Shown piece by piece: positions 1 through 42,177 of a stretch of DNA of 64,000 bases (position 1 is its first letter; each line of letters opens with the position of its first letter). Origin of the DNA: the human T2T-CHM13v2.0 reference genome, Homo sapiens. The translations under genes and the position numbers were made by a program. Location of the stretch: NCBI RefSeq assembly GCF_009914755.1, contig NC_060943.1; one strand, written 5' to 3'. The notes beneath the pieces were generated by a model that was not told the origin of the DNA, made no database searches, and saw nothing but the letters and a program-made list of their open reading frames with translations.

Positions 1-1296
1 AACCCAGAAAAACTAAAAGGATTTTTCTTCCCCCCATTTTTTATTAAAATCCAATCAACCTGCACAGTGCGAGTGAGTGAGTGACTGTCTACGCTTTCAC
101 TAACGGACCATCAGTTTCTCTCAACCTTCTCTCCATAAACGGAGAATATCAAATGAGGGTCTGGGGGTGTTAGAAAAGGGTTGGGAGCCTCAGCTCAGGT
201 TGGTGGGCCCGCTGTGCCATGGAGCCTTTGGGGACCTCTGATTTCACATCCGTCTTGGCCCTAAATGGCCTTCTCAAACCTTCCCCCTGTCTCTCCTGGT
301 TCTTGCCTCATTGGACTCAACCTCTTGGTGGGCAGCTCTCCAGAGGGCACCCCCAGCCTAAGAAGCAGGCCTCCTCCCAAGTCCCCAGCCTCACGAGGAT
401 AGTGGGTAACAGGGTGGGCTCAGGGGGCCCTGGGAGATCTCCAGAGGCCTCTGGTGTGTTCACCAATGTCCCCTGACAGGTCTTGCTTGGCACAGGGGGT
501 TCCTCTTAGAGACGTGACAGGGCACTTGGACTGTGGCAAATGAAAGAAGCGGAGGGGCAGGAACAGGGACACCTTGCGAAGAAGACAGGCCTTAGCCTTG
601 TGCCACCCCTATGAGGTCCCTAAGCAGCCCTCTCTCTCCCACCTTTTCCCAGTCCTCGCTCCCCGGTCCTCCTCAGCACAGCCGGCTCCAGGAGGGATCA
701 ATTCGTGGGCCCGGGAGGAGGCCAGGCGAGCACCGGCTGCCTGGAGCACTGGGCTGGAGCGCGGGGAGCGCGGCGGGGGGCGCGGGCGGGGCGGGGCTGG
801 TGCGCAGAGCTGTCCAGCACCCCGAGGCGGGGCGTGCGCCCCCGGCCCGCCCCAGCCGCCTCCGCCCGCCCAGCCAGCGCCACTGCGGCTCGGCGGGCGC
901 GTCACGTGGCTGGCGCAGCGCGGCCTCCAGGCTCCGGGCGCGGGCGAGGGGCCGGGCGGGAGGACTGACAGACCCACGGACGCTCTACCGGCGGCACCCG
1001 GCCGGGCGGGCTGGGCGCAGCGCGGGGCGGCCCGGGGACGCCGGGGCCGGGCGGGCTGCGCGCCGCGGGGCATGGGCGCGCCGGGGGTCCCCGGGCCCAG
1101 GCCGGCCGCGGCGGGGCTCCCGGGGCGCGGGGGCAGCGGCGGGCGGGGGTCTTCCCTGGCGGCCGCCGCTGAGCCCCCGCAGGGCCCGTGACGCCGCGGC
1201 CGATGTGGCCGCGCGCGCCCTACGGGCCTGCACCGCCACCGCACAAAGACGCCTCGGGAGCCGCCGCCTGCACCCGGGCCGCAGCAGCCACGCCAG

Positions 1297-1384
1297 CCGG
1301 AGCCCGAGCCCTAGCCCGAGCCCGAGCCCGAGCCGCAGCCAGAGCCAGAGCCGGAGCCGCAGCCGGAACCGGAGCCGGAGCCGC
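1297..1384 (+). repeat. Degenerate hexamer repeat (CCNGAG)n in the LRP3 leader
   Basis: About 14 units: ccggag/cccgag/ccctag/ccgcag/ccagag/ccggaa. Confidence 0.9.
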
Positions 1385-1422
1385 GGGGCAGGAGGCGGCG
1401 CCCGCGGGCGGCCGGGCCCGGC

Positions 1423-14213
<12,791 letters not shown>

Positions 14214-15319
14214 CCGCTGGGCTCGCTGGTGACCGCCACAGCCCCGCTTTGTAACCAGGGAATACACAGTCATTTCTACCCTGCCTCTGCGTCCTTTCTT
14301 ATGGAGAGGCCCTCCGGGGACCCCAGCGGAGGGGCTGGCCCCTAAGCCAGCTGGCTGCACTGGTGGGCGGGAGCTGTGGGACTGAACGGGGCGGGGGGGG
14401 AGAAGAGTGGAGTGGTGAGCCCGTCTGCAGGGTCCCATTGTACACAAGCACCCTGGGGTCTCACTTCTCTCCCCCCACTCCATTCTGGGAACCCATTTCC
14501 AGAGAAGCAGGGGACCAGAGCCTTTTTGCTTCATCTGCCCTGCAGTGGCAACAGCTGCCCCTAGAGCTGGGAGTTGTCATGAGGATGGGGCCGGGCCATG
14601 GGGACGCTGGGTCTCATCCGTGGTGACTATTTTGCTCACGCCTCACCCTCTTCCTGTCCAGCAAGGCCTCTGGAGGACCTGGGTTGGGTGGCTCCTGCCA
14701 AACCCTCATGCCCCTGGCCAGGCAGGCGCCCTTTGCCCTCCCTGAAGGTCCAATCTCCTGGGCACCGTGGAAGGGCTGGGGTGTGTGCCTGCTGTACATG
14801 AAGCCCCTGGAGTTCCCTGCAGGCCTCAAAGCCCCCAGGACATGCTGCTCTGTGCTTTCTGGGGACAGAGAGGCCGAGGCACCAACAGCAGTGGCCACGT
14901 CTGTTCCATCCTATCTCAGGGCCTCGGTTTCCCCACCTGTAAGCCAGGGTGAGACTGTGGGCTCTGAAGTCCTGACCTTCACTCTGTGGTGATTTACGGG
15001 AAGAAAGACAATCCCAGCCTGGAGCCCCTGAGCTCTCCTGGGTGGCCGAGCTCAGACTGGCATCGAGGGGCCTGGGGTAGGGGCGGACTGAGCTGCTACC
15101 CCATCCTCGACATCCCTTTAGGGCAGGGGGACTCTGGGTGCCATGGTAGGGAGCGCCTGTGTCAAGCAGCAAAGCCCCCTAATGTCAAGAGCCTCCTCCA
15201 GGGCCTGCCACGGCATCTTCCTGGCCAGCAACATGTGTGCACCCACCGAGGTACGCCCCAGCCACTCCCGTCTGTGCCCATCAGGGACTCCCCATAGCAC
15301 GAGCGAACAGCCAGCCCTG

Positions 15320-15325
15320 TTTATT
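15320..15325 (-). terminator. Probable SLC7A10 polyadenylation signal AATAAA
   Basis: TTTATT on the + strand, about 210 nt past the SLC7A10 stop. Confidence 0.8.
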
Positions 15326-15483
15326 TATAGGCCTTTTCAGGAAGAGCTAGCAGGGCAGTGCTAAGACAGGAAACCCAGTCCACATTTTAGGGCTTCCTTA
15401 AAACAGGCTTCTGAGAGTCGTATCTTTTTTCTTTTTTTTCCAGAAAAAAACAAAACAAAACTTTTTTGCCAAAACACCTCCTC

Positions 15484-15489
15484 AATAAA
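15484..15489 (+). terminator. Probable LRP3 polyadenylation signal AATAAA
   Basis: First canonical AATAAA I found after the LRP3 stop; GT-rich sequence follows. Confidence 0.75.
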
Positions 15490-15532
15490 CAACATGTAAA
15501 CAGAAACAACTGCTTCAGTCTCTACAAAAATC

Positions 15533-32451
<16,919 letters not shown>

Positions 32452-32936
32452 GTCGCTGTCCCGCCGCGTCCCCGCTCCCTGCGCTGCCCCGTCTGTCCGG
32501 CCGGCCGCCCGTCGGTCCGTCGGTCCGTGAGCTCACGGCCCTCGCAGCCGGGACAGCGCCCACAGGCGGGCGCATGCGCTGGCTCCGGGCCCGGGACTGG
32601 GGGCCCCGGGCGGCGGGGGCCCGGGAGGGGCGGAAGGAGGGCCGGCCCACAGCCCCCTCCCCCACCTCCCTTAAAGGGAACGCCCCCTCCCCCAGTCCCG
32701 GCCTGGGAAGGAAGGAGAGGACTTGGGGCAGATCTAGGAAGGACTTCCCAGTTGGGCGAAGGAAGGGACCCTCCAGTTGCCTGAGTTACATCCATTCTTG
32801 GGGCCGGGTTGGGGAGCAGAGCTCCGAGACAAGACAATCCCCTGCTCTCAGGGAGGCCGAGGGGGACGGCAAGAATAACAGCTGGCCGCGTGTGGGGATG
32901 CAGTGTGTGCTCCCTTTAGTACTCTATGCCTGCACG

Positions 32937-32937
<1 letters not shown>

Positions 32938-32973
<36 letters not shown>
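32938..32973. repeat. (TG)n microsatellite
   Basis: Perfect run of about 18 units. Confidence 0.95.
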
Positions 32974-32976
<3 letters not shown>

Positions 32977-33329
32977 GAGACAGCTCCCAGGGTGAGTCCA
33001 TTCTACAGGTGGAAGTTGAAGCCCAGAGATCAGTAGCGATCGCCGAGCAAGTGCAGGGCTGAGACCAAACCCTTTCTCGTGCCCCCTGAGGCTCCCAGGC
33101 GGACAACCTCAGGAGGGGTGGGGGTTGAGGTCTGGAACTCCTCTGAGGGGTCTGGGTGTCCTATGCACCCTGGATCAAAGGCCTGAGGGTCGAGGTGAAG
33201 ATCCCGGGGGCTCTCATCCTCATCACGGGGACCCAAGACCTGTGACGAGTCCTGGACACGGCTCGCCCACCCTACCAGGCTCTGGGCCACCTCTGGCCTG
33301 AGATCTTCACTACAGGCTCCTCGTCCCAG

Positions 33330-34130
33330 GTCAGAGTGAGGGCTCAGCGGACTAGAACTCGGGTCTCTGGTGCAGGTCCCGCGCGATCCAGCCCGGCCCA
33401 AGAAGGCCAGGCGACCTGGAATGCCCGGGAGACACGGAGAAGGAGGCTGTGGTCGCGGGAGAGGGTCGGGAGTGCGGGGATCCGAGGGAGGCTGCCTCCT
33501 CCCGGAAGCCGTCCGGACTGTGCAGCCGAGGCCGGCGGAAAAGATCCAGGGGGGCCGCGTCGGGGCCACCGGGGCGGCGGGCGGGGCGAGCCTGGCACTG
33601 TGCGGCCGGCGGCGGAACAGCCTTTGTTTCTTCCTGGCGGCCGCCGCGACGCGCCGTCCCCTGCATGTGGATGAGGCCTCGCCGGGCGCCCCGTCCTTCC
33701 CCCCAGTGGCGGCCTCCGGGTTTGCTGGGGCCCTGCCAGGGGTCCGACGGCTGCAGGGTGGACCGGGGTGGGACGGGGCGGGGGCGGGTCCCTGGCAGGG
33801 GCGGGTCCCTGGCAGCGGCAGGGCCTGGAGGTGGGAGCGGGGCGGGGCCGGCGTTTGCAGGCACACAGGAGCTTCGAAGTTGGGGGCGGGGACTTGGGGT
33901 AGGAGTAGGAGCGGGAGGATCCAGGGTGGACGTGCTGGTGGGACGCCGAGGGGGAGGCCACCCGGCGAAGCTGCATCCCTCTCGCTTCTGTCGTCGGAGA
34001 CCGGCATTCTTGGCGCCCTCCACCTCCAGCCCCAGAGACCATTCAGAGGCCGACTCTCTTAAAGGAGCCTCGCGCAGGGTAGGGGCAGCCCTGGCTCCGG
34101 AGACCCCTGATTGTCGCGGGTGTTAGGGGC
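33330..34130. promoter_or_regulatory. Second CpG island upstream of SLC7A10
   Basis: CpG-dense with clustered GGGGCGGG boxes at 33775-33890. Confidence 0.8.
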
Positions 34131-34479
34131 CAGAGGCCTCGACCTTCTGGTTTGACTCTCCCCAGCCCCCCAGTTGCCCTCGCAATTCTAGGGTCTGCTG
34201 GGAGAGGGTCTAGCCAGGGCTGGTGCAATCAGGGGCAGCTTGCCAAGGGGCAGGGGCTGGCGCAAGCCTCGCAGCTCTGAAGCCTGTGGTTTTCGAGGGT
34301 GTCTCTCTGGGACCTGGAATGTGGAGTATGCGTTTGTGGGGGAAAGGTCGGCCTAGGGCTTTGCACAGGATGGAGTTTGTATGTTGTCAGCCAGGCCCCA
34401 TAGCTCAGGAGGTCCTTTTCGTGGAATTGAACTAGAACCTGCAAATTTCAATGGGAACAAAAGGTTAGTAGGATTGGTT

Positions 34480-36415
34480 TACCATCCAAAAACCAATCAG
34501 CATGATTCTCCACATTAATAGAGAGAAAAAAGGAAAACCTCAACAGATGCAAAAAACAGTCATCCGTGATGTAAACAAACAACTCTTAGCAAATAGAAAC
34601 AGAAGAGAACCTCCTTAATCTGATAAAAGTATCTACCTAAAAACAAATCTCCAAGAAACCAAGAAACAAACAAAAACCCTACAGCTGACATCATGTTTAG
34701 TGGTGAAAGTGTGAATGCTTTTCTACTGAGATTGAAAATGAGAAGGGATGTTGGCACTTGTCAATATTCTATACAATAGTGTACTGGAGGTCCTAGCCAG
34801 AGCAATAAGACAAGAAAAATAAGTAAAAAGGTATGAAGATAGTAAAGGGAAAGATAAAGCTGCCATTCACATATGATGTGATTCAGTATGTAGAAAAAAA
34901 ATTACAGGTTAATTTAAGGAAGATAAGTTCATTTAGCAAAGTCGCTAGACAGAAGTTTAATATACAGAAACTAATTGTATTCTATATACTAGAAATAATT
35001 AGAAAATGAAATTAATAATAGCATAAAATCAAATACCTAAAAATAATTCTAGTGAATGATGTGTACAATTTTTATGCAAGAAACTACAAAACATTTCTGA
35101 GAGAAATTGTTAAAGACATAAGCTAATGGAGGGATATACCATGTTCATGGATTGGAATTTAAAATGTTGGTCTCCACATTGATTTATAGAATTGATAAAT
35201 ACATCCAATGTAATTTTGATCAAAGCACCAGACAACTTTGTTGTTGATTACAAGGCTTTTTTGGAGGGATGAAACTCAACAAGCTGATTCTAAAGAGTAT
35301 GTGAAGAAGAACAAATCTGGAGGACTTATACTACAGTAAGGAAGACAGTGTGGCATTGATGCAAAGATAAACAAATCTACTGGTGGAAGAAAACAGAAAT
35401 CCAGAAACAGACCCATCCTGGTTTATTATGACAAAGTTGATATTGCAGAACAGTGGAGAAAGGACGGGCTTTTCAATAAGTGGTGGTGGATCTATATATT
35501 GAAGAAAAAAACCAAAACCCTTTTAATGTCACCCTTCCATTATACCCTAAAACCAGTCCCAGGTGATGTACATGTGAAATGTACATGTGAAAGGTGAAAC
35601 ATCAAAGCTGCTAGAAGAAAACTCAGGGGAGAGAATAGATACATTTTCTTAAACAGACATAAGAAACACAGTAAGAAAGTGACAGATTGGACTACATTAA
35701 GATTAGAAACTTCTGTCAGTCAAAAGACATGATTAAAGAGGAAAGAGTAAGCCACATATGAGAGAAGTTATTTCCATACATATGGCCGATAAAGGACTTC
35801 TATCTAAAAATATAAGCATATGAGTTGTATTGAAAAATATGTATCAAATCAATAGGAAAAAGTTTTAAAATAGGCCGGGCATGGTGGTTCATGCCTGTAA
35901 CCCCAGCACTTGGGAAGGGCAAGGCAGGTGAATCACTTGAGGTCAGGAGTTCGAGACCAGCCTGGCCAACATGGTGAAACCCTGTCTCTACTAAAAATGC
36001 AGAGATTGGCCGGGGGTGGTGGTGAGTGCCCGTGGTCCCAGCTAGTCAGGAGGCCGAGGCAGGAGAATCGCTTGAACCTGCGAGGCGGAGGTTGAAGTGA
36101 GCTGAGATCATGCCACTGCACTCTAGCCTGGGCAACAGAGCGAGACTCCATCTCAAAAAAAAAAAAAAAAAAAAAAACAAAGGACTTTAAATAGGTGCTT
36201 CCCAAAAGAGGATGTCCAATGACTGTTAAACTCCTGAACAGGCACTCAAACCTCATGGGCCATCAGGGAAATGCAAATTAAAATGAGAATAAGATACCAC
36301 TGAGTAGCCACCAAAATGGTGAAAATTACACACCCAATGTTGGCAAGGATGTGGAGTTGGTACCACCAGTTTGGAAAACCATTTGGCAGTACCTCCAAAT
36401 CCAGCATCTCCACTC
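34480..36415 (+). mobile_element. Old L1 (L1M-type) ORF2/3' relic, interrupted by an Alu at 35873-36177
   Basis: A-rich; L1 strings such as gaggtcctagccagagcaataagacaaga, catgttcatggattggaa, catcagggaaatgcaaattaaaa; no open frame. Confidence 0.88.
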
Positions 36416-36651
36416 TGTATTAGATGCCTCTTGGATATCACGCCACCTCCCCAGCCCCTAGCCTCACCTTGGTGTCAAGGCTTTGCCACCTTTCCTCCCA
36501 CTTCAGGTGCAGGTACAACCTGCCAGCACCCCCCATCACCCTCAGGGATTCTCTGATGCCCCTGAGGAATGAGATAATAAGGGACCAATCTGGCACCCAC
36601 AAACTTGCAATCAGAAATGCAGGAGAGTTAGCACACTCGGGCTTATCCTTG

Positions 36652-37590
36652 TGTTACTGAATGGTGCCACACAGTTCCAGGATCTGGGCGACTTGAACAA
36701 AGAATTGGAAGAGACATATACAGATAGCAAAAAGTGTATTAAGTGCAGTATTCCACTCTTGGAGAGGAAGAGTGGACTGATCTTTGTGAGATGAGATCGG
36801 CATTAGTTTGGTGTACTTTGGGTCTTTCTATATGTTGTTTTTTTCCCCCTCTTCCCAAGGCTGCCTAATCTCTAGCCAGTGTCTATCTTTTTGATTGACA
36901 GGTGTGTTGCTTAGTTACTTTGGCCCCCGTGCGCTTGCACCTTGCCTCCATCCCATAATCCTAAGTACATACATGATATGCAGCTCATATGCATGAACCT
37001 TAAGTAGCTGATTATCATAACGGGGTTATGTTAAGGATACCTTTTCTCTCCAATGCACATGCCCATCTCTGAAGCGCAGCCCCTTACTGGTTTGGTCAGG
37101 ATCCTGCCGGCCATGGGATACTGCTCGCTTTTTTTTTTTTTTTGAGACGGAGTCTCACTCTTGTCATCCAGGCTGGAGTGCGGTAGCGCAATCTCGGTGG
37201 CTCACTGCAACCTCTGCCTCCCGGTTCAAGCAATTTTCCTGCCTCAGCCTCCTGAGTAGCTGGTAATTAGAGGCGCCCACCACCACGCCCGGCTAATTTT
37301 TGTATTTTTAGTAGACAGTGGGTTTCACCATGTTGGCCAGGCTGGTCTTGAACCCCTGACCTCAGGTAATCCTCCCGCTTCAGCCTCCCAAAGTGCTGGG
37401 ATTACAGGCATGAGCCACGGCACCCGGCCCTGCTCACTTTTTTATCTTACTTTTGTTTTGGCTGCTGAACCTCTGCTTTTTGTCTGGCTTCTTGCTCACC
37501 TGCCCCTTCACCTTGCTTCTTCTGCTCTCTGCTTTTACTTATTCTGCCCTTTATCCAACTTTCAATTCCCTTTGCTACTTTCCTGCCTCA
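36652..37590 (-). mobile_element. ERV1 MER4-group-like solo LTR, interrupted by an Alu at 37129-37429
   Basis: The minus strand starts TGAGGCAGGA...GGGAATTGAAAGTTGGATAAAGGG and ends GTAACA (TG...CA termini); subfamily uncertain. Confidence 0.6.
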
Positions 37591-37886
37591 TTTTCCCTGT
37601 TCTCCTATCTCACTTGGACAATGGCAGATGGATAAATGGCAGATGGGAGTCAGTGGATAAATTCTTCCCTCTACCTCATCCCAGATGGACCCTTATGAAT
37701 CATATTCCTTATAAAAACCTCTTGGAAGATGTTACTACAAGATTCAGCATCAGCTGCCTTTGGCACCAAGTGGTGGCCAACTCTGAAACTCACCCTCATA
37801 TTGGCTCTCATGCCATCCCTGTTCACTTCCTTTCCCCCTTACTCTTGCTTCCCTGCAATTGCATCCCCCAGTTAAGTTCTACCTAA

Positions 37887-38193
37887 GGCCAGGCACCCTG
37901 GCTCATGCCTGTAATCCCAGTACCTTGGGAGGTTGATGGGGGAGAATCGTTTGAGGCCAGGAGTTTGAGACCAGCCTGGGGAACATAGTGAGACCCCATC
38001 TCTGCAAAGAATTTAAAAATTAGCTGGGCGTGGTAGTGCATGCTTGTAGTCCCAGCTGCTCAGGAGGCTGAGGTAGGAGGATCCTTTGAGCCCAGAAGTT
38101 TGAGGCTGCAGTGATGAGCTATGATGGTACCACTGTAGTCCAGCCTGGATGACAGAGCCAGATCCTATCTCTAAAAACACAAAACGAAACAGA
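37887..38193 (+). mobile_element. Alu (J-like)
   Basis: Dimeric Alu consensus. Confidence 0.88.
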
Positions 38194-38250
38194 AGTACCT
38201 TCTAAGCTTTTGCCCCAGGCACTGCTTTCTGGAGAGGACGAACTAAGATA

Positions 38251-38985
<735 letters not shown>

Positions 38986-39825
38986 GGAACACTAGATGAT
39001 TGGTGCATGTTTGTGTGTGTGTAGGTTACACTCTGACAAACATGGGACATTACACATGGCCTGGGCAGGGTCCTGGGAGGGTCAGGATCTGCATGCTGGG
39101 AGGGGGTCTGCGGCCTGCTCTGACTCCCTCATGGGTGTTAAACTCACTCAGCACTCCTACGCCACTTCCATTCTCTTTGACACTCCCACGTCCAGCCCAG
39201 GTATCTCCTCAGGCAGCCCCAGTCTTTCCTTGGTTTCTACCATCCTGACCCCAAACCACTCCCTCTCCAAGCTGCAAGCACCTGCTAGTTTATGGCCTCC
39301 TTTCTGCTTCTGTCTCATGGATTCTCAGCCCTGGACATTGTTTCTGTCGTGCTTGCCTCCTTCTCTCTCCCCACCTTCTCTGGCCTTGCCCTGCATTTCC
39401 TGCCTCCTCTCTGCACCCTCCCTGGACCTCCCCAACAACAACCATGTTCAACCCTTGCACTGGTGGGCCAAGGGCGCAAACACTCATGCAAGCCCCTCAC
39501 CCGGGAGGCCTACATATTTCCAAGTTAGAGATGAAACGGCACCCACGATGCAGCCCTCATTCACACCCGGCCCTGCAGCCCGCCCCTGGGGCGTGGTCTC
39601 CCCTGGTTCTCATGGCCGTCATCCACTGGGGTGGGAGCTAAGACAGTGCCCGAGAACCCTGGGTGTGAGCACGCTCCTGACTGGGGGCTGGCCTGGGCAC
39701 CCTTTCGCCACCTCGCTTTTCCAACCTGGCATTTCCAGGGCATTCTAATCTCCTCCCCAAAATCTCACCAAGGAGCAGGACAGGGAAGGAGCGCAGACAG
39801 GTACCAGGACACCAGGCTGCCCAGA

Positions 39826-40682
39826 CACACACACACACAACCACACACAACTACGTACAACCACACACAACCACACACTCACACACATGCACAGCCATAC
39901 ACTTACACACCCACATGCATGACCACATACACACTCTCACACACTCACATGCACCCAACCACACACTCATATCTCACACACTGTCTTACACGAACAACCA
40001 CACACTCGCTCTCACATGCACACAACCACACACTATCACACACACGTGCAACCGCATACTCTCACACACTCACACGTACACAACCACACACACACATGCA
40101 CAACCACACACTCATTCTCACTGACATGCACACACCCACACACTCATACCTCACACACTCTCACACGCTGACATGCACAACCACACATACATAATCACAG
40201 ACACAGTCTCACACACTCACATGCACACAATTACATACAACCACACACACCACACACTCACACACCTGCACAACCACATTCACTCACATACCCAGATGCA
40301 TGACCACATATACACTCACTGTCACACACATGCACACAACCACACACTACATACAACCACATACAACCCCACACACTCCTAAACACTCATGCTTACAACC
40401 ACACACTCAACCACACACACAACCATATGCACTCAACCACACAGAACCACCTACACGGCCACTCATATTCACTCTCACACAGTGACATACACACAACCAC
40501 ACACAACTACACACTCACAACCACACACACAACTGCATACTCACACACACACTCATACACACAACCACACACACAACCGCACATTCACAACTACACACAA
40601 CCATACAGAACCTCTCACACCACCACACATTTGCAATCACACACAACCACTCACACACTCATCCACACACGCACTCAACACT
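39826..40682. repeat. CA-rich low-complexity tract (cacaaccacac units)
   Basis: About 850 bp of degenerate (CA)n. Confidence 0.92.
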
Positions 40683-41412
40683 CAGCCCCACATCTTTGGG
40701 CCTGTGGGGTCTTTTTTTCGCATCTGTCCTCTCCGACAACTCACTGTTGTTCAGTTATCAACCTTTAAAACACTCTTACGAGACTGAAATTAAAAAAAAA
40801 AAATTCTTTGCATTTGCTGCTGGTGACGTCCTGGCTCTCCAGGGCACGGGGTCCACAGCAGAGACCCCCTTGCCCAGGTCTAAGGTTGGCCTGGCCTGCA
40901 TAGCTGGTGCGGCTTCTAGAATGACCACAGGGTGTTGTTCCCTGTAATTTTCAGGCTGTGACATCCCACCCAGCCCCAACCCATCCCTCCTGTGAGTGGG
41001 GTCGGGATCCCAGTTGCCACGCCCAGAGCTCCGACCACCCCACCTGGGCCTTTCACCACCTCCCCACTCCCCCGTGCACTGCACCCCCACCCTGTCCTGG
41101 GGGCTGAAACAGCTCCTCCCCAACCCAGGGCTGCTGCTCCGAGGTACAAATGGAACCCTCCCTGTCTCGGATCCTCTTCTTTCAGCGCAGCCACAGGCTG
41201 TGAATGACCCCACAGGCAGGTGTCAGGAGGGAGATCATTTAATTCATGGTCCAAACTGAGACAGGTTTGCAAGTGAAAGGAGGCACTATTTATAATCACA
41301 GCAGAGTACAACTGACAGATATAAACCAGGACGTCCCAGCAAACTGGATGGATGGTCACTCTCTTTCAAGCCAATAACTCCGACTCTGTGTGCCCAAATA
41401 CAGCAGGCATTG

Positions 41413-41506
41413 GTCACACCTTGCCTGCTCCTGCTGCCTCCTTGGCCGTAACTTGTCACACCTTGCCTGCTCCTGCTGCCTCCTTGGCCGTACCTTGTCA
41501 CACCTT
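41413..41506. repeat. 42-bp tandem duplication (2.2 copies)
   Basis: GTCACACCTTGCCTGCTCCTGCTGCCTCCTTGGCCGTAMCTT twice, one mismatch. Confidence 0.92.
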
Positions 41507-42160
41507 CATGCTTGTCCCTCATGAGTCAGGCCAGGCATCACCTTGGCCAGGAAGCCTCCTGGTCCCCAGAATGGAAGACGTGCCCATTCTGTGTCCACAT
41601 TGCCACCTCCCCAGGCTCAAAGGCAGAGACCTGGCCTTGCCCCCAGCACATCACAGGTTCTCCATGGAGGTTCCAAGTGTCTGCCTCACGAGCTGCGAGA
41701 TGCAGGTTCTGGTCCCGGCTCTGCCATTGACTTACAGACTGGACATGGAGCGTCTCAGTTTTTCCCTGTGAGGTGGAGAGGAAAAGGGCAGCATGTGATC
41801 CCTCGCTGCCCACAGCTGTTGGACGGGCAGTTTGCCTGAACTCGCCTTTCTTGCTCCCCAGGTCCTGGGGTCCTAAAAGGGGCATGGAGGAGGGGGTGAC
41901 CTGTCAGGGAGGCCAGGTTTCTTGTATCTTCCTATTATCCCATGTCCTCCCCTGAAGCCACTGCATTCACGGCCCTGTGCAGCCCAGTAGGGAACACGAG
42001 AAGGTAGGGCTTGGACTTCTGATCTGGAACCGGGATCTCCTCTCCTTCCAGGGGTTCCCAGCCCTGCATCCTGTGGGGCCAGCCTCCGGGACCAGGGTAC
42101 CCTCTCCGTGGGACCTTTACCCATATCCTTCCATTTAAGGACACCCGCCATTCCAAAACG

Positions 42161-42177
42161 TGCCACCAGAGGGCAGC
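42161..42177 (+). promoter_or_regulatory. Candidate CTCF site TGCCACCAGAGGGCAGC
   Basis: Close match to the CTCF core consensus CCASYAGRKGGCRS; motif only, no occupancy data. Confidence 0.55.

Larger units (their letters stand above)
36416..38250 (+). mobile_element. ERVL solo LTR (LTR16-like), interrupted
   Basis: Starts TGTA, ends ctgctttctgg...aactaagata; 5-bp TSD cactc/caccc. Confidence 0.65.

Noticed and set aside
33030-34126. Several 220-325 aa ORFs over the upstream CpG island
   Set aside because: Open in most frames at once, a typical CpG-island artefact
34480-36415. L1 region as an active reverse-transcriptase element
   Set aside because: Heavily decayed, interrupted and without an ORF
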